Of a DNA stretch of 64,000 bases, positions 13,412 to 26,100 are shown piece after piece; the stretch's first letter is position 1; each line of letters starts with the position of its first letter. The DNA is taken from positions 1-64,000 of the forward strand of contig NIVC01001268.1 in the NCBI GenBank assembly GCA_002269645.1, written 5' to 3'. The notes under the pieces were generated by a model. It was not told the DNA's origin, did no database searches, and saw nothing but the letters and a program-made list of their open reading frames with translations. Source of the DNA: Macrostomum lignano (taxonomy: Eukaryota). The translations under genes and the position numbers were made by a program.

Positions 13412-15689
13412 ACTGCTAGAATCCATAGTAGCAGTGTTTATGCATTTTTTGGACTACGTGCAGATAGCTATAAATATATATTCAAAAGCAAAATTCTATG
13501 AAATTTACTAGCTATTGCGTGTGCAAAAAAGTATAAAGTAATTTAAAATGCATGCACATTTTCATGTCTCAGAGATCGACTATGCCAGCTTCAGCATCTC
13601 GATCAGATTTGATAGCTTTAATCAGTAAAGGAGTTATACAGAAGCCTTTGCTAGCTTCGTTGCATGTTCATGCAGGCTGAAAATCTAAGAATTAGTCTGT
13701 AATGCGAACTGAAACAAAAAACCGCCCTTTTTGCTGCTTTGATAGGATTTTTACACCGTAGAGCTCTACATTGTGCATAAATTTTACAAGAATCTCTAAA
13801 TTTTGGTTAATAAAGCCTTCCAAAAATCCAAGAAGAATGAAACAATTTTGCATATGCTATTCAGAAGTCAAGAAGTGATTTATACAAGCCCCCCCCCCCC
13901 CAGTTGTGCAAGTATAGTCACAACCAGTAGTCTAGTATATATAGACATAGAGAAATTTCTATGCTCTACGCAAAAAACTGATTTTTTGGCTGGTTACAAG
14001 GGCGCCGCTGCCACATAACTTCAGCTGAATGCGAATGAGAATAAAACTTGAAACACTAGATATAAATTTTTTGAGAATATAACCGATCGAAAATAACTAT
14101 CGAAAATACTTCTGGAATAAAGTTTTTGTAAATTTCTTCGTCAATACGCTTAAGCCTTTGTTTTCATTGTAATTTCCAAGAAGCAGTTACGATTTGACTG
14201 AGAAAATGTTGAGCGAAAATTATGAATATGCTCGCTCGCTGCGTCTGCGTGGTTCAAATACGTCAAAGACGTAGGTACAAGGTGGGCAGAGCAGCATGAC
14301 CTGCGTGGTCAGGTATTGCACGGCTGTATATTGCAGTTCCATGTTAGACGTAGGCACAAAACAACTTGTCATTGTTTAAATTGAGGCAGCAACCCTTGGC
14401 TTTAGAGCAAAATCATTGTGTGTAGTGTTTTCATTAAGCATAAATAAATGTAAACTTTTAAAGCTAAAAAGTCTATGTCTATGATTTTGAGATTAGGCGG
14501 TTTTAGTCCATTAGTCTATTATTATTTATTTATTATTTAGTCTATTATTTGCCAAGTCTGAGTGTCTTTCATTATTTTTCAAATATAGCCTAACAGCCTA
14601 GATACTAGTTTAGTTAGGCCTGTAGGATAATAAATGCTAATATTGACAGCTATAGCCGTAGGCCTAGCCTGTATTGGCTATAAGCCCCTACCTAGACCTA
14701 CTACTACTACAGTACTACCCAAAATATAAATCATGCTTTAGTCCCTACGGCTACAATAAGCTTAATACTACTAAAAGAACATTTTGGCCTTTACCATATT
14801 TATTTTATGCTACTATGGTAATATATAGGCAATATAAAGTTGCAGTATCAAATCCAAGGCAATAAATAGGAAGTAAACCTAAGATAAGAATTTTTATTAG
14901 TCTTATTCATTTTATGACAATTCTCAATAGGCTTAATTATTTTAATTAATAATTTAATTATTCATAATTAAATATTAAATAATAACTCAATGAAATAAGA
15001 AACTAAAAAATAAACAATGACTAGCTAGGGCATAGTAATTATTATTTAGATAATAAAAATTATAATCTAGACTCTAGAAGGTTACATGTACATTAGAAAA
15101 CTTTGGCATTTAAATGACCCTTTTCAAAATTGGTATACAAAGTTTGGCATACAAATTTTGGCATATAAATTCATACTAAATTTTATGGCATACCATTTTG
15201 ATGAATAAATTCATGCCATATATCAAAATTATAATGTAAATTAAACTTACTTAAAATAAAGGAAAATTTGTATAGTCTAAGAAGTCAATGATAAACTTTT
15301 TGCTTCTTTAAAATTAACAATTAATAAAATTAGTATAAATAATTGCTAAGGTATAAATTTTATATTATTTTTTCTATAGGTCAAAATTTGTTTGAAATGA
15401 AAATATTTATAATATTTAAAAAGACTTTTTGTACAAAAGCCTTTCTTAGAAAACTCTACTTGTGAAAATAGGCCTAGAATGACCTTTTAAGGAAGAATTT
15501 TTTATGTATTTTTATGAATTTTTTGTTTTTGGCAATTATTTATACTAATTTTATTAATTGTTAATATTAGTATACATTTAGCTAAGATAGGATTTTTGTT
15601 CTGGTGTATACTACTATATAATCTAAAACCTAGATTAGAATTAAGAATTAATTAATAGTTAATATTATGGCTAGGTAGATAGATACAAT

Positions 15690-15867
15690 CAGGTGCAGAT
15701 CTAGAAAAATCTTAAGGAAAAGGCTAAGCTATACTAAGCACTATAATCCAATATTGGAAAATAAACCTAGCATAGTTGCAAGCCAAAAAATTGTGACCAT
15801 TTTTTTTTGCTGTGGCTAAGGAGGGCCATGGCCCCCTTGGCCTTCCCCCCTTCTAGATCTACCCCTA
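15690..15867. mobile_element. 178-bp hAT-type MITE, mutated
   Basis: TIRs CAGGTGCAGATCTAGAA / TAGGGGTAGATCTAGAA (14/17); 8-bp TSD GATACAAT (15682-15689) / GATGCAAT (15868-15875). Confidence 0.7.
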
Positions 15868-16666
15868 GATGCAATATAAGCCTATAATAAGCATATTTAG
15901 TGTTTTGCTAGGGGCCTATAGCTGCCTAGGGGCCTAGGGGCCTAAGGGTGTTTTTACAGCTAGGCTATCTCCCCTCAGTCTATGAAAAAATATAAATATA
16001 GTTTCTATGCTTTTTAGTACCTATACTTTTTGGTATTTAGCATTTTAATATCCTAGAAGGCTAGATTACTTTTTAGCTAAGCTGATAAGCTGAAAAATGC
16101 TAAGACCCTGGAATCTACCATAGTCACCGATTTTAGCATCATCTATAATTGCCAATTGGCTTGTAAATTAGGGTTTGGTTTTTGCTGCTGTTTTGGTTAA
16201 GGGTGAGGTTGTTTAAGTTCTGTCTAGGGTATTCCCTCATTTATATTTGGCTTTCTGATGCAGAAATAGTCACGCATGGTTAAATCTCACAAACTGATTA
16301 AAAAATGCACACCAAGCAAAGGCATAGTATCAATTCAGTATATCTATTAAATAGTCTATGGTTGGACTGCATTTTCATACAATGATATTGACTGCAATTG
16401 TTCATGTTTCTTCTGCTAGCTAGCTTGATTGTTTTAGTGTTGGTGGAAAAATGAGAATTAGGGCTCAGATTAAGCTAGGGTTAGTGTTGACTTATGACTT
16501 ATTATTGAATTGGGGTAAGGGTTGAATTATGGTTGATTCTTTATTCCTTTCATAATCATATTGGTATCTCTCACTTTATTAAGTCACAAGATGCATAATC
16601 AATTTGTCTGTTTAACTTTATTGTTTTAAACTGTTCTTTTAACATTAGCAATTTAACCCGGCATTT

Positions 16667-17430
16667 TAACAGTGGTGTTTTGACCCCTATACTTTAACAG
16701 TGGTGTTTTGACCCCTATACTTTAACAGTGGTGTTTTGACCCCTATACTTTAACAGTGGTGTTTTGACCCCTATACTTCAACAGTGGTGTTTTGACCCCT
16801 ATACTTTAACAGTGGTGTTTTGACCCCTATACTTTAACAGTGGTGTTTTGACCCCTATACTTTAACAGTGGTGTTTTGACCCCTATACTTCAACAGTGGT
16901 GTTTTGACCCCTATACTTTAACAGTGGTGTTTTGACCCCTATACTTTAACAGTGGTGTTTTGACCCCTATACTTTAACAGTGGTGCTTTGAGCCCTATAC
17001 TTCAACAGTGGTGTTTTGACCCTTATACTTTAACAGTGGTGTTTTGACCCCTATACTTTAACAGTGGTGCTTTGAGCCCTATACTTTAACAGTGGTGTTT
17101 TGACCCCTATACTTCAACAGTGGTGTTTTGACCCCTATACTTCAACAGTGGTGTTTTGACCCCTATACTTTAACAGTGGTGCTTTGACCCCTATACTTTA
17201 ACAGTGGTGTTTTGACCTATTATACTTTAACAGTGGTGTTTTGACCTATTATACTTTAACAGTTGGTGTTTTGACTCCTTATACTTTAATAGTGGTGTTT
17301 TGACCCCTATGTTTTAACAATGGTATTTTGACCTCCAATGTTTTAGCATTGGTGTTTTGACTCCCTATGCTTTATCATTAATGTTTTGACCCCCTACCTA
17401 TGCTTTATCATTGGTGTTTTGACCCCCCCC
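16667..17430. repeat. 28-bp tandem repeat AACAGTGGTGTTTTGACCCCTATACTTT, ~26 copies, decaying at right end
   Basis: Directly visible. Confidence 0.97.
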
Positions 17431-17789
17431 CCTGTTTTAACATTGCTGTTTTTTTCTTTGTTAGATATCAAAAGTTCAAATGGTCACCTTTGATGACAAT
17501 AATGAAACATGAAAGTCCATCAGTTAACCAACCCATCTAGCTGGCATTGCAAATGTCAGAATAGCAGCATCAGTATATTTAATTTGCAAAGCTGTTGATA
17601 AAAAGTCTAATTGAATCGGCAATATAAAGATTTGAATACACAAATTTATTAGCCAGGGCATTGATAGATACTCAATTTATCCAGAATAGTAAGCACATAC
17701 AGTTTCCATGCCTTTCTATACATAAGAAAAAATGACTTGTTTTAACACACTAGCTAAAATAAAAAGGACTTATAGTAGAGAGGCTGCTT

Positions 17790-18070
17790 CAACTGAACTC
17801 ACAGCATGTAAGGGACCTGTTGTATAGTGAAACTGTGATCATTAGATAATTGTAGTTAAAGGGCTATAGCATATACAAGAGACTACTCCACCTAAACATG
17901 CAGCATGTAAGGGAGCCATTATATAATGAAAATGCAATTGTGAAATACGAGTAATAGTAATTAATGGGCTATAGCATATCCAAGGGGCTGCTCCACCTAA
18001 ACATGCAGCAATCAGCATGTAAGGGACCCATTATATATAGTGAAAATGCAATTGTGAAATAATAATAATT
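17790..18070. repeat. Imperfect local tandem duplication (~90-110 bp units, CAGCATGTAAGGGAC core)
   Basis: Three copies of CAGCATGTAAGGGA followed by similar A/T-rich sequence. Confidence 0.7.
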
Positions 18071-18834
18071 TATGAGTGGGGCTACTCCTTTAGAGAAGAA
18101 AGAGTAAGAACTCTCATTATCGGAATTCTGAAGGGGAAGAACTCCCATTAGCTGAAATTCCATGACTTGGTTGAATCTCATCTTCCAAATTGTCCCCAAA
18201 TCTTATATAACAACTTTCAAATAACTAGATATCTTGTTTTATCTGCTTCTAAAAACTCACTTCACTAACAATGTCTAGACTCGGACTCTCGTTTCTCATA
18301 TCTAATATCTCACATAGCACCCTCTCCTTTCTTATTTCCCATTATCTTCTTATAGTTTTCTACCATCTCTTGTCTCCTCGCTTCTCTCTTTCCTTTCCAT
18401 TCTGTCTTCTCTCAGCTCCTTTCCTCTCTGATAAAAATATCTTCTAACGCAAAGAAGCCAGACAACGGGTATCAATGCTTCGGCAGCAGATCTGTGCTTC
18501 GGCAGCAATGCTATACCATGGCGCGTATATGCACTGTATAGAAATACATATCTATGGCTTGAGTGACAATCTGTCAGTTTCAATCTTTGCTAGGTACAGT
18601 TTATACTTAAGCATTTGAATGTTAAATGAAACTGTATAGCTGCACTTATATACTGAATCAACTAATGTTGTCTCTGATTTACTACTGTTGATGCTGTTGC
18701 TGTGGTTGAATAATCAAAGGTTGTCTCAAAACTTTTAAAACTATTAAAAGTTCAAATTCAAAACTATTAAACGAAGCATTAATACAACTGAATCGATATA
18801 TTGCTGCTGCTACTGCTGCTGCTGCTGTTGCACA

Positions 18835-19190
18835 ATAGATTATCCAGGAGAAAGCGTGCGGTTCTCCCCAGATAGATTATCTAGAAGACAGTATGCGGTT
18901 CCCCTAGATAGATTATCCAGGAGACATTGTGCGGTTCCCCCAGATAGATTATCCAGGAGACATTGTGCGGTTCCACCCAGATAGATTATCTAGAAGACAG
19001 TATGCGGTTCCCCTAGATAGATTATCCAGGAGACATTGTGCGGTTCCCCCAGATAGATTATCCAGGAGACAATGTGCGGTTTCCCCAGATAGATTATCCA
19101 GGAGACAATGTGCGGTTCTCCCAAATAGATTTATTCAGAAGACAATGTGCAATTCCCCCAGATAGATTATCCCAGATAGGGTACAACCAG
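18835..19190. repeat. ~35-bp tandem repeat GTGCGGTTCCCCCAGATAGATTATCCAGGAGACAAT
   Basis: Directly visible, ~10 copies, decaying to ~19330. Confidence 0.93.
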
Positions 19191-20196
19191 ACAGAAGCAG
19201 GCGGTTCCCCAAATAAGTTATCCCCAACCAATAGCATGCTGCTCTCCAGATAGATAAGGTACCATCAGACAGCAGCGAGCGGCTCCCCCTAGATAAGTTA
19301 CCCTCTGACAGCAACAGGCAGTTCATTAGACAAATTTAAGGAAAAAAAATTATTGAATTGCGAAAAATTTTCCAAGTCAAATTGCCATCATCAGAATGGC
19401 AATCAAATCTTGCCATCTTGCTAAAAGAGATATAGCGGACTAGATGCTTGATACTACATATTTGCATAGTAGAATCGAATGTCTCATATCTCTAGGGATG
19501 AATATGCAATTATATTTATAGTATGTAGCAACCTTCTATACATAGTAGTTTTTTAGTATTTATAGTAACCACATTATATAAATAGTAATAATGGAACAGG
19601 AATAGTAACGCCAATTGGGCCGCCGGCCAATCTATAAACAGTATAATTATAGTATAAACAGTAACATAGCGGTATGTGTCAACTAATTAATCAACCAACC
19701 ATCGTGGAGCGATGGAGGAAGAGTCAGCGAACAAGAGATATTTTACAATTGTCTATGGCCATACCCGACTGACCGACTGACTGATAACGTGGCGCTGATT
19801 TATTACCCCTACCCCTAGATACTAGGCATATATAGACAGAGATCCATTTCTACTTTAGTCTAGTCAATCTATATGAAATTTTGAATTCATTTTTTGTTTT
19901 ATCCATATACTTTTCTAATAATTTAAGGCTCAAAACTATAGTTATAGAAACTTAAAGGCAAAGCTCTAGTTCTCTATAGTTATAAGTAGCTATAAAGCAG
20001 TTGCTTTCTATAGACATATCCATAGCTTTTGTACATGTAGGTACCCATTTCGTGTAATAATATATTCTTACTCTGTGCTTTAGGATATAACTTGGATATT
20101 GTACACGTTTTGAGTTTGCGATTGTTTCTCTCCTTACTGTGCTCAACCCAAGCCGTAGCCAAGTCTATAAATCAAACAGAATAAATCCTTTCCAAA

Positions 20197-23100
20197 ATGC
20201 TGCCCTCGCAACAGCGCCGGCAAATCATCGTCCGCGCCACGCCGGCTTATTTGCCGGGGCCTTCGTCCAATCAGCAGCCGCAGCAACAGCAGCAGCCAGT
20301 CGTGACCTTCGCTGCAGTCTCTTCAACGCCCAGCATCTCGATGATGTCCCTAGCAACGGCTGGCACTCTGCCGTCGACTTTAGCGTCATCTTCCTCTACG
20401 TCGGCTGCTGCATCTTCGGCGGCGGCTGCAGCTGCTGCTGCGGCGAAGCGTCGACGAATCGCTGGCCCGTCAGCGGCGACAGCCTCGCATCAGCTGTCTG
20501 ACCGCGCCATCCGGCTGGCGCCAGAATGCGGCGCCCATCGGGAGCTGTCGCGGCTGGAGCAGCGGCTGGACGAGGCGATCCTGGCCAGGCGGCTGGCTCT
20601 GCACGAGGCGCAGCGGCGGCAGGGGCAGCCGAGACCGAGGCGGCGGTTCCGGCTGCAACTGAGCAGCCATTTTGGCGCCTACGGTCCGGCTGGCGAGCAG
20701 GGCTGGGAGCTGCGGATTGAAGGTAGCTGAGCTGTGTGCGATTGTGAGATTATCCAAGCTGAGTAGATCATCATTTTTATTTGACAACTGACACTAAAGC
20801 CTGACAGATGTGAGACCCACTGACACTGAAGCCTGACAGATGTGAGACCCACTGACACTGAAGTCTGACAGATGTGAGACCCACTGACACTGAAGTCTGA
20901 CAGATGTGAGACCCACTGACACTGAAGTCTGACAGATGTGAGACCCACTGACACTGAAGCCTGACAAATGTGAGACCCGCTGACACTGAAGCCCGACAGA
21001 TGTGAGACCCACTGACACTGAAGCCTGACAGATATGAGACCCAACTGACACTGAAGCCTTACAGATATGAGACCCACTGACACTGAAGCCTGACAGATAT
21101 TATGAGACCCACTGACACTGAAGCCTTACAGATATGAGACCCACTGACACTGAAGCCTGACAGATATGAGACCCACTGACACTGAAGCCTGACAGATATG
21201 AGACCCACTGACACTGAAGCCTGACATATATTATGAGACCCACTGACACTGAAGCCTGACAGATATTATGAGACCCACTGACACTGAAGCCTGACAGATA
21301 TTATGAGACCCACTGACACTGAAGCCTGACAGATATGAGACCCACTGACACTGAAGCCTGACAGATATGAGACCCACTGACACTGAAGCCTGACAGATAT
21401 TATGAGACCCACTGACACTGAAGCCTGACAGATATTATGAGACCCACTGACACTGAAGCCTGACAGATATGAGACCCACTGACACTGAAGCCTGACAGAT
21501 ATGAGACCCACTGACACTGAAGCCTGACAGATATGAGACCCACTGACACTGAAGCCTGACAGATATGAGACCCACTGACACTGAAGCCTGACAGATATTA
21601 TGAGACCCACTGACACTGAAGCCTGACAGATATTATGAGACCCACTGACACTGAAGCCTGACAGATATTATGAGACCCACTGACACTGAAGCCTGACAGA
21701 TATTATGAGACCCACTGACACTGAAGCCTGACAGATATTATGAGACCCACTGACACTGAAGCCTGACAGATATTATGAGACCCACTGACACTAAAGCCTG
21801 ACAGATATTATGAGACCCACTGACACTGAAGCCTGACAGATATGAGACCCACTGACACTGAAGCCTGACAGATATGAGACCCACTGACACTGAAGCCTGA
21901 CAGATATTATGAGACCCACTGACACTGAAGCCTGACAGATATTATGAGACCCACTGACACTGAAGCCTGACAGATATTATGAGACCCACTGACACTGAAG
22001 CCTGACAGATATTATGAGACCCACTGACACTGAAGCCTGACAGATATGAGACCCACTGACACTGAAGCCTGACAGATATGAGACCCACTGACACTGAAGC
22101 CTGACAGATATGAGACCCACTGACACTGAAGCCTGACATATATTATGAGACCCACTGACACTGAAGCCTGACAGATATTATGAGACCCACTGACACTGAA
22201 GCCTGACAGATATTATGAGACCCACTGACACTGAAGCCTGACAGATATTATGAGACCCACTGACACTGAAGCCTGACAGATATTATGAGACCCACTGACA
22301 CTGAAGCCTGACAGATATTATGAGACCCACTGACACTGAAGCCTGACAGATATTATGAGACCCACTGACACTGAAGCCTGACAGATATGAGACCCACTGA
22401 CACTGAAGCAGTGTTGCCAATCACACATTGGAAAAAAAATTCGCAAGCGCATGAAAATTCGCAGGGTCTTTTCACAGTACACACTGAAGGCTAGAATGCA
22501 ACAATAACTGCTTTGAACGCAACTTCAGATATCTATTATTCAGAAAATATTTTTATCTGATTCCTTGATGAAATTTCGTCACTGTATTTCAATTTTTAAA
22601 AAGTTCTAGCAGGGGTACCACTCATGTACCGGTACCGGTACCGGTATTATGCTATTTACTCTTAGTAGCCATTATGATGTCTATGTACTGATAAAATTTA
22701 TCAAAGAAATTCATTGCAGACCAAAATTAGATGTAAAAAACTTTTAAACATTTGATTGTAACATAGTATTTAATTGAAAAGTGACAGGAATTTACACATT
22801 TTACCGGGTTGTGGCAGTAATCAGCAGTCACATAGTATTTAACTGAAAAGTGACAGGAATTTACACATTTTACCGGGTTGTGGCAGTAATCAGCACTCAC
22901 ATAGTATTTAACTGAAAAGTGACAGGAATTTACACATTTTACCGGGTTGTGGCAGTAATCAGCACTCACATAGTATTTAACTGAAAAGTGACAGGAATTT
23001 ACACATTTTACCGGGTTGTGGCAGTAATCAGCACTCACATGTCTGGGGGCCGCTAACAGTACGCATTGAAATTTCCAATAACTTTTTCAAATAACAAAAC

Positions 23101-26100
23101 AGTAATAGAAACTTACCAAACAATATATGACGCTTATATTATAGAGAAAAGGTTAAGGTTAAGCACAGTTTGCAAGCTAGTAAAATGACAGTTTAAAACA
23201 TTGTGCTGGCTTCATAAGAGCTTTGGAACAAATAAATGTCTTGAAATTTTCATATAAGAATTAGCATAGATCGTCTTTACTCTTTAGTACGGCCATACTT
23301 GAGGCAAATAATCTCATATTCAAGTCTCACTAGTCACTACTAAAATGTTTTAGTGCATTTGATTACAGTATTATAAAAACTTTTGCAATCATAATTGCAA
23401 GTGGCGAGTAGCGACTCTTTCTGTTTGCTTTACAGCCTGCTAGTATCGTGCTAGTATCGTGCTAGTACTGTCGGGTTTTCTTTGACACTTTTGGCAGGCG
23501 GGCCATCACTGCAAGTTCAGATTGGCGCTTTAGCTTGGCGCTTTCCTCTGCTGCACTTCTCATAGCACTCTCCAGTCGCCTAGCCTCAAGACTGGATAGG
23601 CGAGCCGTCGACTGTGTCTCCTCCGCCTGTGCCTTGCGCAAGTGGTCCGGTGCGCGCTGCACCTGCCGCTCGGCCTCGATGCAACGCTGAGCCGCTTCGC
23701 TTTTCTTCTGCTGTCTTCTGCTTGCCGGCCAGCTGCTGAAGCTCAGTGCGTCGAATGCCGTCCTAAAAAATAGAATGAAAACGACAGCTTAGGTTCGATG
23801 GATATTGTGTCATAAAGCTTTAGAGTAGATACGATAGAAAATATTACAAACCTGCGCTGTCTTGCTTCGGATTCGCTTCTCCTCGTCTGCAAGGCGCTGA
23901 AGTTCTTCAGCCTTTTTGCGTCTCTTCTGCTCAGCCAGGTAGTCTTGGTACTCAGCCCGGGCCTTCAGTGCTGACTTCAACAATGTGTCGGGTACAGGGA
24001 TTGTTGCTGGCGTCAGGCCCCTGGCAGTGAGATAGCTCTTTGCTAGAAGTGAATTCACTCTTGTTGTATCTGCCAACCGGTTGCGCTTTTCCTGGGCATC
24101 AATGTCGTGGGACTTTCCGATGAAGCGTTCACTGTCCGCGTTTCCATGAAAGAGTGTGCAGCAAGCAAGGCCCAGGCGCCCCAGAAGGGGAAACTCAGTT
24201 GACTGCGCAATCGAGTACCATTCCCTGGCCAAATCCTTAGATCGCGCCGCATCCGTGGTTCCAGCAGAGTTAGTTGACATCATGTTAAAATGGCGTGCCT
24301 CCGTTGTCAGCTGAATCCAGCTCAGCCGTTGGAATCACATTGGGAGGTTCTTGGCTACAAACTGGACTTTTTTCTCCGATAGAAGTCGATGTGTCCAGAA
24401 ATGTCAGGCTACGGAGCATTCTAGATTGAAACGGCAGGTTCATCTGTAGGTAGATCGCGAGATCGATCAGCACCTTCTTGAGGACGAAAAGCTGAGGCCT
24501 GGGACTCGGACCCTCACCCAGCAGCTTCTTGGTGTCCGAACCGACGCCGATTTTCTCCAACGGAAGGTGAACGGTAGCACTCTGGGAGTCGATTCGGTGC
24601 ACATGATTCTCAGCGAGCACAGACTGCTGCACGAATTGTACAGCAATGGACTCCAACAGTTGAATGTGCTGCTTGTGGATTTCATGAACGAGCACAGTGT
24701 TGCCCTGCTGAAAATTCATCTCGTACTTCTGTAGAAGGCGCAGGACATAAATGGCGAAACTAATTGCCGATCGAGTCGTCGCGTCCTACAGAGCTTTCCT
24801 GATGCGCTGGATTCGAGCGTTGGATGCAGCCGGAGCATCGTGAGCATCTCGACCAAGCTGTTCTACAAAGTACTCGTATGTCACTGCTGCTGGAGTCGCT
24901 CGAGGCAGGGCAGCAGCACCAACCAGTGCGTTAGCACATTACAGAGGAATTTAAGTGTGACCACGTTCAGCACCTCTTGAAAGGCTTTGAACTCCTTCGT
25001 CCGCTTTGGGCCCTTGGAAAAGCAGGCGTGAATGTCTTCACACAGAGATGCAACGGAGGACAAATGCGTATCGATGGTATAGCGAGCACCATTCGCCACA
25101 ACATGCAGGGTGCAGCCACCAACATCAACAAGATGCTTCAGCTCAGGCTCTGATCTCGGATACTTGACTACTCCGAAGTGCATTCCTTGCATCACGTTGC
25201 AGTTGTCTGAAAAGTCACCAATCTGCTTGTGGTATGACAAGCCGTGGTTCTGAATGCACTGACGAATCACAGTTGAACAGCTTTCAGCGTCGAAGGCATT
25301 TATGGTGACCATATCCAGCATCTCCGTGACTACCTGTCCATCGCTCACGTATCACTTTCATCGAAACTCACGGAGTAGAATCCTCGTTGACGTACGGAGC
25401 GATCGCATGGTTGAGTAAGTAGACCTGCTTAGTTCTTCCACACTTGAACGTCTTAACAATTTTAGAGTTAGAAAACATGGTAAGGAACAAGCTGGCAGCT
25501 TTGTCTTCGCCTGCAAATGACTTTGAGTTATAAGCTGCTTGCCAGGTCCAAACGAATTCAGCTTTAGTAGTGGCACATTGAAGGAGATCATCGCCTGTTG
25601 TGCGAGGTTGCCGGTCCACAAACTGGTCCAGAGTCTGCCCTGAGCATGCTAGCCACGTTGCTGATGTGTTTGGCTGTCTTCATGTGGGTTTTTACCACAG
25701 ACACTCCTCCCAATACAACGTTCAGTTTGACATGACATGCTGCACAGAACCCCTCATGGTCACAAGATCCAAGGTCGCAACCATTTACTTGCATTTAACT
25801 GCTCTACCCATCTTGGATCATATACTGTGCAGCGTGTCATTTTGCTTGTTAGAATGCTGATGAAAGAGGTGGTGGCCGGCAGTAGACCTTAATCCTTCAT
25901 TAAATAGTGTAAGCCTGCGATTACATTTTTTTCGTACAGAATAATGCCTCAAAGACTTCAAGTGATAAGTAGACATGTATCCTAGCATAGGAGATAATAA
26001 CTTAATAAGCTTAATAGACTTAAAACTGATAAATATACATTTATCCTACCATAAAAGACAGTAGAGAGAGGGGAGCGAAAAGTAATAGAAATAAAGAAAG

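Noticed and set aside
20788-22408. CRISPR-like array (32-35-bp repeats)
   Set aside because: Units are contiguous with no unique spacers, lie in a spliceosomal intron, and there are no cas genes.
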